Origin: Treponemataceae bacterium
GTDB lineage: Bacteria > Spirochaetota > Spirochaetia > Treponematales > Rectinemataceae
DNA: 64,000 bases
Direction of reading: 5' to 3'
Assembly (NCBI GenBank): GCA_963677895.2
Contig: CAXXGJ010000025.1
Coordinates: forward strand, 32,001 to 96,000
Shown: in pieces, positions 1 through 9,258 of the stretch
How the letters are laid out: each line of letters opens with the position of its first letter
Numbering within the stretch: position 1 is the first letter of the stretch
Translations under genes and position numbers: made by a program
The notes under the pieces: generated by a model
Database searches by the model: none
Told to the model about the DNA's origin: nothing
What the model saw: only the letters and a program-made list of their open reading frames with translations

Positions 1-54
1 ATAGGGCTCACCGTATTCCAGTTCCGCTTCATCGAGCGGAAAGTCACCTACTAA
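1..54 (+). CDS. ugpA: 3' end of carbohydrate/sn-glycerol-3-phosphate ABC permease (UgpA-like), truncated by the window edge
   Basis: Frame 1 reads IGLTVFQFRFIERKVTY*, resembling the UgpA C-terminus, and lies directly upstream of a ugpE-like gene. Confidence 0.6.
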   Translation: MGLTVFQFRFIERKVTY

Positions 55-65
55 AGGAAGCCCCC

Positions 66-911
66 ATGATCGAACAAAGAAAATCAGCCAGGGCTTTCCC
101 CCATATCATTCTCTGGATCGCCATCGTCATCATAATATTCCCGCTCTACTTTGTTTTCGTGGCCTCCACGAGAACGAGCGCCGATATTCTGTCCGCGCCC
201 ATGCCGCTCTACCCGGGCACGCACTTTCTCGAAAACTACGGACGGGCGCTCACCGAGGGCGCGCAGAACCTCGGCGCTTCGGCCATGACCATGATGAAGA
301 ATTCATTCATCATGGCTATGGGCATCTCCATCGGAAAAATCCTCGTTTCCCTCCTGGCCGCCTTCGCCATCGTGTTCTTCAATTTCAGGGGAAGGAAATT
401 CTGCTTCTGGGCGATATTCATAACCTTGATGCTGCCGGTGGAAGTGCGCATCATGCCTACCTACAAGGTCATTTCGGACTTAGGTCTGCTCAATTCCTAC
501 GCCGGCCTCATTCTGCCCATGATCGTGTCGGCTACGGCCGTCTTCCTTTTCAGGCAGTTCTTCATGTCGGTTCCGAGGGAGATAGCAGAGGCTTCGCAGA
601 TCGACGGCGCCACCTCCATGCAGTTTTTCAGGACTATCCTGGTGCCCATGACCCGCACGCCTATCGCGGCCATGTTCGTCATCCAGTTCATCTACGGCTG
701 GAACCAGTACCTCTGGCCGCTGCTGATCACCACGAAACAGGAATACTACACGCTGCTCATCGGCATAAACCGCATGCTCTCGGGCGCCGACGTGCTCATC
801 GAGTGGCAGATTGTCATGGCCACGACGCTCCTGGCCCTGATTCCGCCCGTGCTCGTGGTCATCATCATGCAGAAGCAGTTCGTGGCCGGCATGACCGATA
901 CGGAAAAATAA
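66..911 (+). CDS. ugpE: sn-glycerol-3-phosphate/carbohydrate ABC transporter permease
   Basis: 281 aa multi-TM protein; TLMLPVEVRI, SATAVFLFRQFF, EAA loop EIAEASQIDGA, FIYGWNQYLWP. Confidence 0.85.
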   Translation: MIEQRKSARAFPHIILWIAIVIIIFPLYFVFVASTRTSADILSAPMPLYPGTHFLENYGRALTEGAQNLGASAMTMMKNSFIMAMGISIGKILVSLLAAFAIVFFNFRGRKFCFWAIFITLMLPVEVRIMPTYKVISDLGLLNSYAGLILPMIVSATAVFLFRQFFMSVPREIAEASQIDGATSMQFFRTILVPMTRTPIAAMFVIQFIYGWNQYLWPLLITTKQEYYTLLIGINRMLSGADVLIEWQIVMATTLLALIPPVLVVIIMQKQFVAGMTDTEK

Positions 912-933
912 AGCAGCTTCCAAGCCGATCGCT

Positions 934-966
934 AAAAGAAAAGCCCGGGTTGCCCCGGGCTTTTTC
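934..966. terminator. Bidirectional intrinsic terminator
   Basis: AAAAGCCCGGG-ttgc-CCCGGGCTTTT between convergent ugpE and uxaC. Confidence 0.8.
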
Positions 967-1013
967 ATGCTATTTGGTCCTTTAAGGACGCGCTTCTTGC
1001 GACGAGCGAATCT

Positions 1014-2504
1014 TCATTTCACCGATTTTGCCCAGGCGGGCACATCGATGCCAAAATAGTCGCGCGCGTTGAACCAGCTCACGTTGCGGACAAGTTCCCT
1101 CGCGTAGCAATCGTCGCCGGGCAACTCGCCTGACTCCACCCAACGACCCGTAATCTTGCAGAGGATGCGGCGGAAATACTCGTGCCTCGGGTAGGAGAGG
1201 AAGGATCTTGAGTCGGTGAGCATGCCCACCCAGCGTCCGATGACACCGACGGAGGCCGACTGTATGAGGTGCCGTTCCATGCCGTCCAGGTGGTCGTTAA
1301 ACCACCACGCGGCTCCGTACTGCATCTTCCCGGCCACGGCGCTCCCGGGCGCCGATCCAGCGTAGGTTCCCGAGTAGCACTGGGCCAGGACGGCGAGGCT
1401 CGCGTTCTTCGTGTCGTCCAGCGAATAGAGGATGGTCTTGGGCAGGCTTCCCTCCGCGTCGAGCAGGTCGAGCAGGGAGGCCAGGGGCGCGATGACCACC
1501 GCGTCCGAGATGGCGTCGCCGCCGCCGTCGGGGCCATAGGAGGAAAAGAGGCGCGTATTGGTGTTGCGGAGCGCCCCGATATGGAGCTGCATCGTCCAGC
1601 CCGCTTTGGCGTTGAGGCGGGCGACCTGAAGGAGAACGGCGGTTCCGAGCCTTTCGCGCGCGAGGGCGTCGACGTTTTTGCCGGCGAGCAGCGAAGCGAT
1701 GATGGCGTCGAGTTCGCCGCCTGAGGCGAGCGCGAAGGGCGGTACGAGAAGCGCGTGATCGGAGAGTCTGCATCCGTGCTCGTGGAAGAAAGCATGACGA
1801 CGCGCGAGCGCTTCGGCCAGGTCGGCGAAGCTGCGGATATCCAGGCCCGCGGCCGCGCCCAAGGTTGCGGCGTAGGCCTTCCACGCCACGGCATCCTGGG
1901 CGTTCATGGCCTTGTCCGGACGGAAGGCGGGAAGAATCCTCGCCACTCGTTTGCCCGCGGCCGCGGCGGCGCTTCCCACCTTTGGATCGGAAGCTACGGC
2001 TTCGTGCCATCGCAGATCGTCGGCAGGATCGTCCGTCGTGCAGACGACGGCGACGCCGTAATGCTTCAGCATGCTCTGCGGCGAATCGCCCCGCTCCCTG
2101 ATGACGGCGTTGGCGCGTTCTCTTATAGCGAGGGCGTTCTTTGTCGTCAGCACATCGTCGATTCCGTAGGTTCTCTGCAGTTCCAGATGGGACCAATGGA
2201 GAAGCGGATTGCCCGGCGACTGTTCCAGCGCGGCGGCGAAGGCGACGAATTTATCGCTCCAGGAGGCGCCGCCCGAGCAGAGGGACTCGTCCGCGCCGTT
2301 CGAACGCATAATGCGCCATTTGTAATGATCGCCCTTGAGCCATAGCTCGGCGATGTCGCCGAAGGGCTTGTCTTCCGCTATTTCCCTGGGCGAAAGATGG
2401 CAGTGATAATCGAAAATGGGCAGACCGGCCGCGTCCTCGTGATAGAGCTTTCGCGCCGTATCCGTGTCCAAGAGAAAGTCTTTGTCCATGAATGCTTTTT
2501 TCAT
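1014..2504 (-). CDS. uxaC: Uronate (glucuronate/galacturonate) isomerase
   Basis: PIFDYHCHL, GDHYKWR, CTTDDP, WWFNDH and GMLTDSRSFLSYPRHEYFRR motifs. Confidence 0.95.
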   Translation of the reverse strand: MKKAFMDKDFLLDTDTARKLYHEDAAGLPIFDYHCHLSPREIAEDKPFGDIAELWLKGDHYKWRIMRSNGADESLCSGGASWSDKFVAFAAALEQSPGNPLLHWSHLELQRTYGIDDVLTTKNALAIRERANAVIRERGDSPQSMLKHYGVAVVCTTDDPADDLRWHEAVASDPKVGSAAAAAGKRVARILPAFRPDKAMNAQDAVAWKAYAATLGAAAGLDIRSFADLAEALARRHAFFHEHGCRLSDHALLVPPFALASGGELDAIIASLLAGKNVDALARERLGTAVLLQVARLNAKAGWTMQLHIGALRNTNTRLFSSYGPDGGGDAISDAVVIAPLASLLDLLDAEGSLPKTILYSLDDTKNASLAVLAQCYSGTYAGSAPGSAVAGKMQYGAAWWFNDHLDGMERHLIQSASVGVIGRWVGMLTDSRSFLSYPRHEYFRRILCKITGRWVESGELPGDDCYARELVRNVSWFNARDYFGIDVPAWAKSVK

Positions 2505-3337
2505 ATATTGTCCGTCAGATAGCCGCCGTCGACCGGTATGCTTACGCCGGTGACGAAACCTGATGCCGCTTCGCTGGCAAGAAAAAGCGCCGCTCCCCAG
2601 AGTTCCTCGAATTTCCCGAAGCGCCCGAAGGGGGTGCGCGCGACGATGGATGCCCCTCTCGCTGTCAGGCCGCCATTCGGATCGAGCAGCAGCGCGCGGT
2701 TCTGGTTGCCCACGAAAAATCCGGGGGCTATGGCGTTCACCCTGATGCCGCGGGGCGCGAGCTCCTTGGCGAGGGCTTCGTTCAGGTTGAGGACGCCTGC
2801 CTTGGCCGCGTCGTAAGCCCAGGTTCCGGACAGAGCCTTGTAGCTCGTCATCGAGGTCATGTTGATGATGTTGCCCTTCATGCCCTTGGCTATCCAGTAT
2901 TTCGCGAAAACCCTGGAAGGAGTCACAAGGCCGGCAAGCAGGTTGAGTTCGAGAATATCCTTGAAAAGGGCTTCGTCCAGATCGACAAAGGGTGTCTTGC
3001 CCCTGTTGCCGCCGACGCCGTTGACCAGAATGTCGGGCGCCGCCCCGGCCAGCTTTTCCGATTCGGCGAGGGCCGTCTCGCAGGCTTCCTTCGAGGCGGT
3101 ATCGACGGTAACGGCAAAAACCCTGCCGCTGCCGGCGGCTTCGGATCCTTCGGCGGCGGCCTTGGCCACCTGGCGGGCGGCCTCATCCATGGGGTGGTTG
3201 GTACCGCGGCCCCAGAGAATGACGGTGGCGCCGGCCCTGGCGAATCCCACGGCCAGATTGCCAGGAATCCCGCCGCCGCCGCCGGTTATGACGGCAACTT
3301 TTCCTTCCAGCGAAAACATCGATTCGATGAATGACAT
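2501..3337 (-). CDS. SDR oxidoreductase, probable D-mannonate oxidoreductase / fructuronate reductase (UxuB/UxuD-like)
   Basis: Start re-assigned to MSFIESMF (GAGGAG RBS); TGGGG, YDAAK catalytic YxxxK, IRVNAIAPGFF; sits within a hexuronate operon. Confidence 0.75.
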   Translation of the reverse strand: MSFIESMFSLEGKVAVITGGGGGIPGNLAVGFARAGATVILWGRGTNHPMDEAARQVAKAAAEGSEAAGSGRVFAVTVDTASKEACETALAESEKLAGAAPDILVNGVGGNRGKTPFVDLDEALFKDILELNLLAGLVTPSRVFAKYWIAKGMKGNIINMTSMTSYKALSGTWAYDAAKAGVLNLNEALAKELAPRGIRVNAIAPGFFVGNQNRALLLDPNGGLTARGASIVARTPFGRFGKFEELWGAALFLASEAASGFVTGVSIPVDGGYLTDNI

Positions 3338-3348
3338 AATGACTCCTC

Positions 3349-4653
3349 TCAGTTGCCCGGCATTAGCAGATTGGGCAGGAACATGGTGATCTCCGGGATG
3401 AAGGTAACAAGCATCAGCACGACAACCATCGAGAAATAGTACGGCAGCATAGCTTTGGTCACTTTTTCGATGGAAATCTTCCCCACCGCACAGCCGACGA
3501 AGAGCGCCGAGCCTACAGGCGGCGTGCAGAGCCCGATCGCCAGATTGATCATCATTATGATCCCGAAGTGGATGGGTGACAAGCCGAGGGTGGTGACCAC
3601 GACGGGGTAGAGAATCGGCGTGCAGATGAGGATGAGGGGCGCCATGTCCATGATGCAGCCAAGCACCAGAAGCAGCACGTTGATGAGAAGAAGAAGAATA
3701 TACTTGTTGGTCGAAACCGAAAGGATGAGCTCGGTGGCTTTCGCGGGGATCCTGAGGTAGGCCATCAGCCATCCGAAGGCGCTCGCCGCGGCTATGAGAG
3801 CCATCACCATCGAGAGGGTCTTCAGCGAGTTATACAGGATGCCCTTCATCGCTTTCAGCGGGATTTCCTTGTAGACGAAGAAGGTGATGATGAAGGCATA
3901 AATGACGGCGATCGCCGCCGATTCCGTGGCGGTGAAAATACCGGATACGACGCCGCCCATGATGATGACCGCCGTCATGAGACCGAGGAAGGCATCCTTG
4001 AAGATCTTGATTGCGTCGCGGAAGGCGATCTTGGGTTCTCGAGGATAGTTTCGTTTCTTGGCGATGATAAAGGAGATAATCATCATGCTGAGGCCGAGGG
4101 AAATGCCCGGGATGTAGCCACCGAGGAAGAGTCTGCCGACCGAAACCCCTCCGGCCGCCATCGAGTAGATGATCATATTGTGGCTCGGCGGAATGATGAC
4201 GCCCTGGGTCGAACTCGCCACGGTGAGGGCGACGGCGAAGTCTTCGTCATAGCCTTTCATCTTCATCATCGGGATGATGATGGATCCTGTAGAGGCTACA
4301 TCGGCTACAGCCGAACCGGAGATGCCGCCGAAGAACATCGAATCCATGCAGTTGACCATGGCCAAGCCGCCCTGGATTCTTCCCACGAAGACATTCGCGA
4401 GCTCGATCAGTTTCCGCGCTATGCCGCCCTGTCCCATCATCTCGCCAGCGATGATGAAAAAGGGTATCGCCAGGAGAGAGAAGGACCTCACGCCCTGCAC
4501 CATCTGCTGGACGATAGCCATGAGGGGAATTTTCAGGTATATCGCCGTCACGATGGAGGCGGACGCGAGCGAATAGGTTATGGGCACCCGCAGGATCATG
4601 AGGAGGACAAAACCCCCGAGCAACAGAGCAATGGCGAACCCTAGATCAATCAT
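3349..4653 (-). CDS. TRAP transporter large permease (DctM family)
   Basis: LLAIPFFI, GGISGSAVAD, IIPPS, FTATESAA and TPPVG motifs; start at MIDLG. Confidence 0.92.
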   Translation of the reverse strand: MIDLGFAIALLLGGFVLLMILRVPITYSLASASIVTAIYLKIPLMAIVQQMVQGVRSFSLLAIPFFIIAGEMMGQGGIARKLIELANVFVGRIQGGLAMVNCMDSMFFGGISGSAVADVASTGSIIIPMMKMKGYDEDFAVALTVASSTQGVIIPPSHNMIIYSMAAGGVSVGRLFLGGYIPGISLGLSMMIISFIIAKKRNYPREPKIAFRDAIKIFKDAFLGLMTAVIIMGGVVSGIFTATESAAIAVIYAFIITFFVYKEIPLKAMKGILYNSLKTLSMVMALIAAASAFGWLMAYLRIPAKATELILSVSTNKYILLLLINVLLLVLGCIMDMAPLILICTPILYPVVVTTLGLSPIHFGIIMMINLAIGLCTPPVGSALFVGCAVGKISIEKVTKAMLPYYFSMVVVLMLVTFIPEITMFLPNLLMPGN

Positions 4654-5191
4654 GGGTACCTCCGAACAGGTCCTTGAGCTTTCTCTCTCCCGAGAGGTAT
4701 TCATCGATATTCGCGTCGTAGGTGTCCCATCCCACGATATGGAGGAGGGCTTCGAGGACGATAGTCACCCCCGCGAAAGGCACCACGAAGTACAGCAGCC
4801 CGGCGGGCCATTTCGTCGCGGGCATAATGGATGTCATCGTGAATTTCACGAGGGAGCTTCCATAAATAATCATGACCAGCCCGACGAAGATGACGACGAT
4901 CTCAAGGATGAGGTCGAGGGCGGTATTGAGCCAGCCGGGTATTTTTTCGCGATTCAGCAGATTGATGGTTATGTTGAGCTTCTGCTTGATGCCCAGGCCC
5001 ATCGATATGAAGATAAACCATACGCAGAGGAGAAGGGCCACTTCCTCCGACCATAGGATTCCGCTGTTGAAGACATAGCGCAGCAAGACATTCGCCGACA
5101 CGATGAGGATCATCGCCACGATCAGGACTTTCGACAATTCCACCAGAAAAATGTGGATCATGTTGATGGTTTTTAGGATCAGATCTTTCAT
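4646..5191 (-). CDS. TRAP transporter small permease (DctQ family)
   Basis: About 181 aa, 4 TM, NVLLRYVFN and WSEE; lies between dctP and dctM. Confidence 0.88.
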   Translation of the reverse strand: MKDLILKTINMIHIFLVELSKVLIVAMILIVSANVLLRYVFNSGILWSEEVALLLCVWFIFISMGLGIKQKLNITINLLNREKIPGWLNTALDLILEIVVIFVGLVMIIYGSSLVKFTMTSIMPATKWPAGLLYFVVPFAGVTIVLEALLHIVGWDTYDANIDEYLSGERKLKDLFGGTHD

Positions 5192-5229
5192 TTGGTTTAT
5201 CCTGTTGCCGGCCGAACGCGGCGGCAATG

Positions 5230-5274
5230 AAAAGGCGGTCCGGCGAAAGGCCCAATGGCCTTAGACCGGACCGC
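5230..5274 (-). terminator. Stem-loop downstream of dctP (partial terminator or mRNA-stabilising hairpin)
   Basis: GCGGTCCGG...CCGGACCGC with inner AAGGCC/GGCCTT arms, followed by a short U-run on the minus strand. Confidence 0.55.
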
Positions 5275-5295
5275 TGTCAGAATGAGGAACCGGTA

Positions 5296-6276
5296 TTACT
5301 TTACGGCCTGAATCTGCTTGACGAAGTCCTGGATTTCCTTGGACTGCTTCGCGTAGAGCGGAGCCATGAGGGCTACCCAGGGCGCCTTGTCGGTAACGGT
5401 GGAGATCTGCGATCCGCCGGCCTTTACCTTATCGATGGAGATCTGCTCGTACTTGGCCCACTCGGCGCGCTGGAAACTGACGGCGTCGGCGGCGGCCTGC
5501 TTGATCAGGTCCTGGTCGGCCTTGGAAAGCCTGCCGAGGGAAATCTTGGAGCCGATAATGATCTCGGGAACTCTGGTGTGCTCATCGAGCGTGAAGTATT
5601 TCGCGACTTCGAAGTGGCTGGTCGAGAAATAGGATGCCCAGTTGTTCTCGGCGCCATCGACGACGCCGGTCTGGAGGGCAGAGTAGACTTCGCCGTAAGC
5701 CATGGGGGTCGGCACGGCGCCGAAGGCGGAAACGAGACCCATCATGAGCTCGCTTTCCTGGACGCGGATCTTGAGGCCCTTGAGGTCGGCGGGCGTCTTG
5801 ACCGGGCGTTTGGAGTTGTAGAAGTTGCGCGATCCGCCCTCGAACCAGCCGAGGCCGATGAAGCCGAAGGGCTCGAGGCTGGCGAGAAGGTTATTGCCGA
5901 TATCGCCGTTGAGAACCTTCCACATATGAGCTTCGTCCCTGTACAGGTAAGGCATCTGGAACGCGTTGAGCTTGGGAACGAAGGCGGCGACCGGGCTCAC
6001 CGAAACGCGGGTGATATCGATGGCGCCGAACTGTACCTGCTCGATGACGGCCTTTTCCTGGCCAAGCTGGCTTCCGGGATAGACTTCGATGACGATTCTT
6101 CCATTGGAACGCTCTTTCACGAGACGGGCGAACTCTTCATCGCCCAATTCCGTCGGATAGCCCTTGGGATGGGTTTCGGCCAGTCTCAGGACTATCGCCT
6201 TCTGGGCGAAAACCTGAACCGGCATCAGGACGGCGAGAACGAGCATGAGTCCAAGGACGAACTTTGCTTTTTTCAT
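5296..6276 (-). CDS. TRAP transporter substrate-binding protein (DctP family), probably for hexuronates
   Basis: Signal peptide MKKAKF..., YPGSQLGQEK, DLKGLKIRVQ, GEVYSALQTGVVDGAENN; GGAGG RBS. Confidence 0.92.
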   Translation of the reverse strand: MKKAKFVLGLMLVLAVLMPVQVFAQKAIVLRLAETHPKGYPTELGDEEFARLVKERSNGRIVIEVYPGSQLGQEKAVIEQVQFGAIDITRVSVSPVAAFVPKLNAFQMPYLYRDEAHMWKVLNGDIGNNLLASLEPFGFIGLGWFEGGSRNFYNSKRPVKTPADLKGLKIRVQESELMMGLVSAFGAVPTPMAYGEVYSALQTGVVDGAENNWASYFSTSHFEVAKYFTLDEHTRVPEIIIGSKISLGRLSKADQDLIKQAAADAVSFQRAEWAKYEQISIDKVKAGGSQISTVTDKAPWVALMAPLYAKQSKEIQDFVKQIQAVK

Positions 6277-6350
6277 AGCGTTGCCTCCATTTAAACTATG
6301 GCTATAGAATAACCTGCAATGATTTTGAATCCATTCGGCTGATCGTGGTC

Positions 6351-6384
6351 TTGTATAGTTTTGACTATTTTTTGTACTTTTTTG
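6351..6384 (-). promoter_or_regulatory. Candidate AraC-family response-regulator binding site (direct repeat, 21-bp period)
   Basis: TTGTATAGTTTTG (6351-6363) and TTGTACTTTTTTG (6372-6384) upstream of dctP, overlapping the regulator stop codon. Confidence 0.5.
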
Positions 6385-7738
6385 CGGTCTGTTGGATATA
6401 CTGCTTCGGATTCTGGCCCTCAAACTTCTTGAATACGCGCGTGAAATACGCCTGATCCGAAAAACCGACGAGATAGCTCGCTTCCTTGATGCTCCCGCCG
6501 CCCGCCATCAGCTCCTTGGCCCTGTTGACGCGCACGCGGCCCAGAAGTTCGCTGAAGCCGATGCCCAGTTCCCTAGAGATGGCGTGGGAGAGGTGGAAGG
6601 AATTGACGCCCAGCGCTTCGGCGGCCGAAACCAGCGTGAGTTCCCTGGAGTAGCCGTTTTTGATGTAGTCGAGCGCCTTCATGCCGAGGCTCCGCGGGCT
6701 CGCGTCCGCCGCGCTCATATGCAGCAAGTCGCCCTCCCCCTTCCTGGGTATGGCCGCGAGCCGTACGGCTGGACAGTCGGCGGATGCGAGCCTGGAGCCC
6801 TCCAGCGCTCGCGAGAAGAGAATGTCGGCATCTTCCCGCGAAGGGCCGGCGAGGCCGCAGAGCAGGATGCAGGGAGCGCTGTCCCTGAGCTTTCTGCCCG
6901 CTTCCTCGACGATGGGCCAGAGAGGATCGCCCCGCAGATTCTTCTGGAAGCCCCCGGGAGCCGATACGGATTTTTCCGTTTCAGCGGATCCGGTTCGCGC
7001 GTCTTCCGAAGGAGTCATCCCGGTTTCAAGGCCGTAGAGGAAGATGAAGCCGCAGTCTTCCGCGGCGGTGGCTATGATTTTCCGGGAACGCTGGAGGGCG
7101 ATCTTGCAGGCCGCCGCCAGGGCCAGATCCGCGTATACTTTCTCCATAGACACCGCGGCCATGCCCGAAGCCGCGCGCAGCCTGAAGACGATCACGGAAC
7201 GGGACAAATCCGTCAGGGAAGCCAGGTTCTCGTACTCCCGAAAGGTCGCCGCGTCGAGGCCGCCCGCTTTCATCTGGGCGGTCAAAGCGCTTTCCAGCTT
7301 CCTGGCGGCTTCGGAAATGGCCGTGATGGATTCTTCCCTCTTCCTGGACAGGGACTCCGGCTCCCTGTTCGCTTCCAGCGAACGTTTCAGCGCCGACAGC
7401 ACCTCATCGGCTGAGGCGGGTTTGAGAAGATATTCGTAGACGCCCTGACGGATGGCTTTCTGGGCATATTCGAAGGTGTCAAATGCCGAAATGATGACAA
7501 TCGGGGCAAGGATGCCCGCCTTTCGCAGCGCTTCCGCGGCGCCGAGACCGTCGAGTCCGGGCATTTTGACATCGAGAAAAATCGCGTCGTAATGTCCGGC
7601 CTTGCCCAATTCCAGCGCTTCGTGTCCGTTTCTGGCTTCGTCGATGAGGAATTCAGGCTCGAGGCCGCTGCCGTTGATGATGAATCGCAGCGCCGCCCTT
7701 TCCAGGTCTTCGTCGTCGGCGATCAGGATTCTGGCCAA
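6365..7738 (-). CDS. Two-component response regulator, REC + AraC HTH (YesN-like)
   Basis: ILIADDE and FLDVKMPGLDG receiver; C-terminal VGFSDQAYFTRVFKK AraC signature. Confidence 0.9.
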   Translation of the reverse strand: MARILIADDEDLERAALRFIINGSGLEPEFLIDEARNGHEALELGKAGHYDAIFLDVKMPGLDGLGAAEALRKAGILAPIVIISAFDTFEYAQKAIRQGVYEYLLKPASADEVLSALKRSLEANREPESLSRKREESITAISEAARKLESALTAQMKAGGLDAATFREYENLASLTDLSRSVIVFRLRAASGMAAVSMEKVYADLALAAACKIALQRSRKIIATAAEDCGFIFLYGLETGMTPSEDARTGSAETEKSVSAPGGFQKNLRGDPLWPIVEEAGRKLRDSAPCILLCGLAGPSREDADILFSRALEGSRLASADCPAVRLAAIPRKGEGDLLHMSAADASPRSLGMKALDYIKNGYSRELTLVSAAEALGVNSFHLSHAISRELGIGFSELLGRVRVNRAKELMAGGGSIKEASYLVGFSDQAYFTRVFKKFEGQNPKQYIQQTAKKYKK

Positions 7739-9252
7739 CGCGATACTCCTTTCATCGGGATGGAAAGCCTGATGATTGTGCCTTTTCCGGGCTTCGAGTA
7801 GAGCTCGAGCCTGCCTTCCGAACCGTAGAGAAGGAAAAGCCTTGTAGCAACGTTGGCGAGGCCGATGCCCGTGCCCGCGAGCAGTCCTTCCCTGGCTTCG
7901 ATGTTGCCCACCGAGGCGTTCCGGATGACCTGACGCAGGCGAATGAGCGTATCTTGAGGTATGCCCTGCCCCGTATCGATGATGAAAGCCTTGATGTTGT
8001 CCCCTCTTCTCTGGACAGACACGAGAATGCGGGTTTTGTCTTCCTTAGGTTCGATGCCGTGGCGCACGGCGTTTTCCACCATAGGCTGGAGAAGGAAGCG
8101 CGGTATCCTGATGACGCTCAGGGCCGTATCGAAGCGTATTTCCCAGTCGAGCCTTTCGCCGAAACGGGCTTTCTGGAAGCTCAGGTATTCGCGCACGATG
8201 CCGACCTCGTCGCCCAGGGGGACATAGGGACCGCCTTCCTTCATCGTGGATCGAAGGAGCTTGGCCAGGGAAATAGTGAGCTTTTCCGTGGCGGGAGCGT
8301 GCTCGAGGAGGGCGTTGCGCGCGATGGAATTGAGGGCGTTGAAAAGAAAATGGGGACGCATCTGGTCCTGCAGGTTCATGAGCTGGGCTTCGCGCAAAGC
8401 TTTCCCCATGGTGAGCAGGCTTGTCTCCTCGTCATGAAGCTTCTTTTCGAGTTCGGCCTTTTCCTTCAGGTCCTCGATGTACGTGCGTATGTTGGCGCTC
8501 ATGAGGTAAAAGCTTTCCGTGAGTATCCCCACTTCATCCCGCGACTTCATCCTTAGGGGCGCCACATCCAATTCTCCCCTGGCGAGCTTTTCGGAGGCTT
8601 TGGCGAGGTTGCGTATCGGTTTCGTGATGGAATTGGCGACGATATAGACATAGCCGAGAAGCAGGACGCCCGCCGCAATCATCCCGAGGAGAATGGCGTT
8701 GTTGATAAACTTGGCCTGTCTGCTGGAAGCGCGGAAGCTTTCCTCTCCTTCCTTCATGAGAATGCTGAGGAGGCGCGAGAGGTACATGTCCACGTAGCCG
8801 GCGATCCTGTCGGCGCGGGCGAAGTCGGCATAGTAATCGCTTCGGCCTGCCGCCCTGAAGGAAAAAGAACGCGCCACGAGGGGCAGATAGGCATCCAGGC
8901 CGTAGCCGGTGGCTCTGACCTCGAACCCGGCGTCTTCGGAGAGAAATTCGAGCGGGGCGAGGGAATTGTCGAGAACCGACAGGTTGGCGATGGATTCGTA
9001 GAGTTCCTCTATCGGCCTGGACGAGGGTTCCCTGAGGAAACGGTCGGCGTCGGCCCTGAAGGCGTTGAGGGCGACGCGCATGCTGTGGACGAGGTGATAG
9101 TGGTTGAGGCGGGTTTCGTATTCCGCGGCCACTTTATAGGTGGCCCGCTGCGCTATGATCTCCATCGCCACCATGAATATGATGGCGATGCCCAGGAAGG
9201 CGAGAAGCCGACCGCGAATCCCTATCCTGAAGCGCCTGCCCTCAGCGGCCAT
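7723..9252 (-). CDS. Sensor histidine kinase, YesM/LytS-type with HAMP
   Basis: Two TM helices, HAMP, QMRPHFLFNALN H-box, LQPMVENAVRHG, DTGQG, GIGLANV. Confidence 0.9.
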   Translation of the reverse strand: MAAEGRRFRIGIRGRLLAFLGIAIIFMVAMEIIAQRATYKVAAEYETRLNHYHLVHSMRVALNAFRADADRFLREPSSRPIEELYESIANLSVLDNSLAPLEFLSEDAGFEVRATGYGLDAYLPLVARSFSFRAAGRSDYYADFARADRIAGYVDMYLSRLLSILMKEGEESFRASSRQAKFINNAILLGMIAAGVLLLGYVYIVANSITKPIRNLAKASEKLARGELDVAPLRMKSRDEVGILTESFYLMSANIRTYIEDLKEKAELEKKLHDEETSLLTMGKALREAQLMNLQDQMRPHFLFNALNSIARNALLEHAPATEKLTISLAKLLRSTMKEGGPYVPLGDEVGIVREYLSFQKARFGERLDWEIRFDTALSVIRIPRFLLQPMVENAVRHGIEPKEDKTRILVSVQRRGDNIKAFIIDTGQGIPQDTLIRLRQVIRNASVGNIEAREGLLAGTGIGLANVATRLFLLYGSEGRLELYSKPGKGTIIRLSIPMKGVSRWPES

Positions 9253-9258
9253 TCCGGT

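Noticed and set aside
3338..3772. N-terminal extension of the SDR in the ORF track
   Set aside because: It overlaps dctM out of frame. The RBS and SDR homology begin at 3337.
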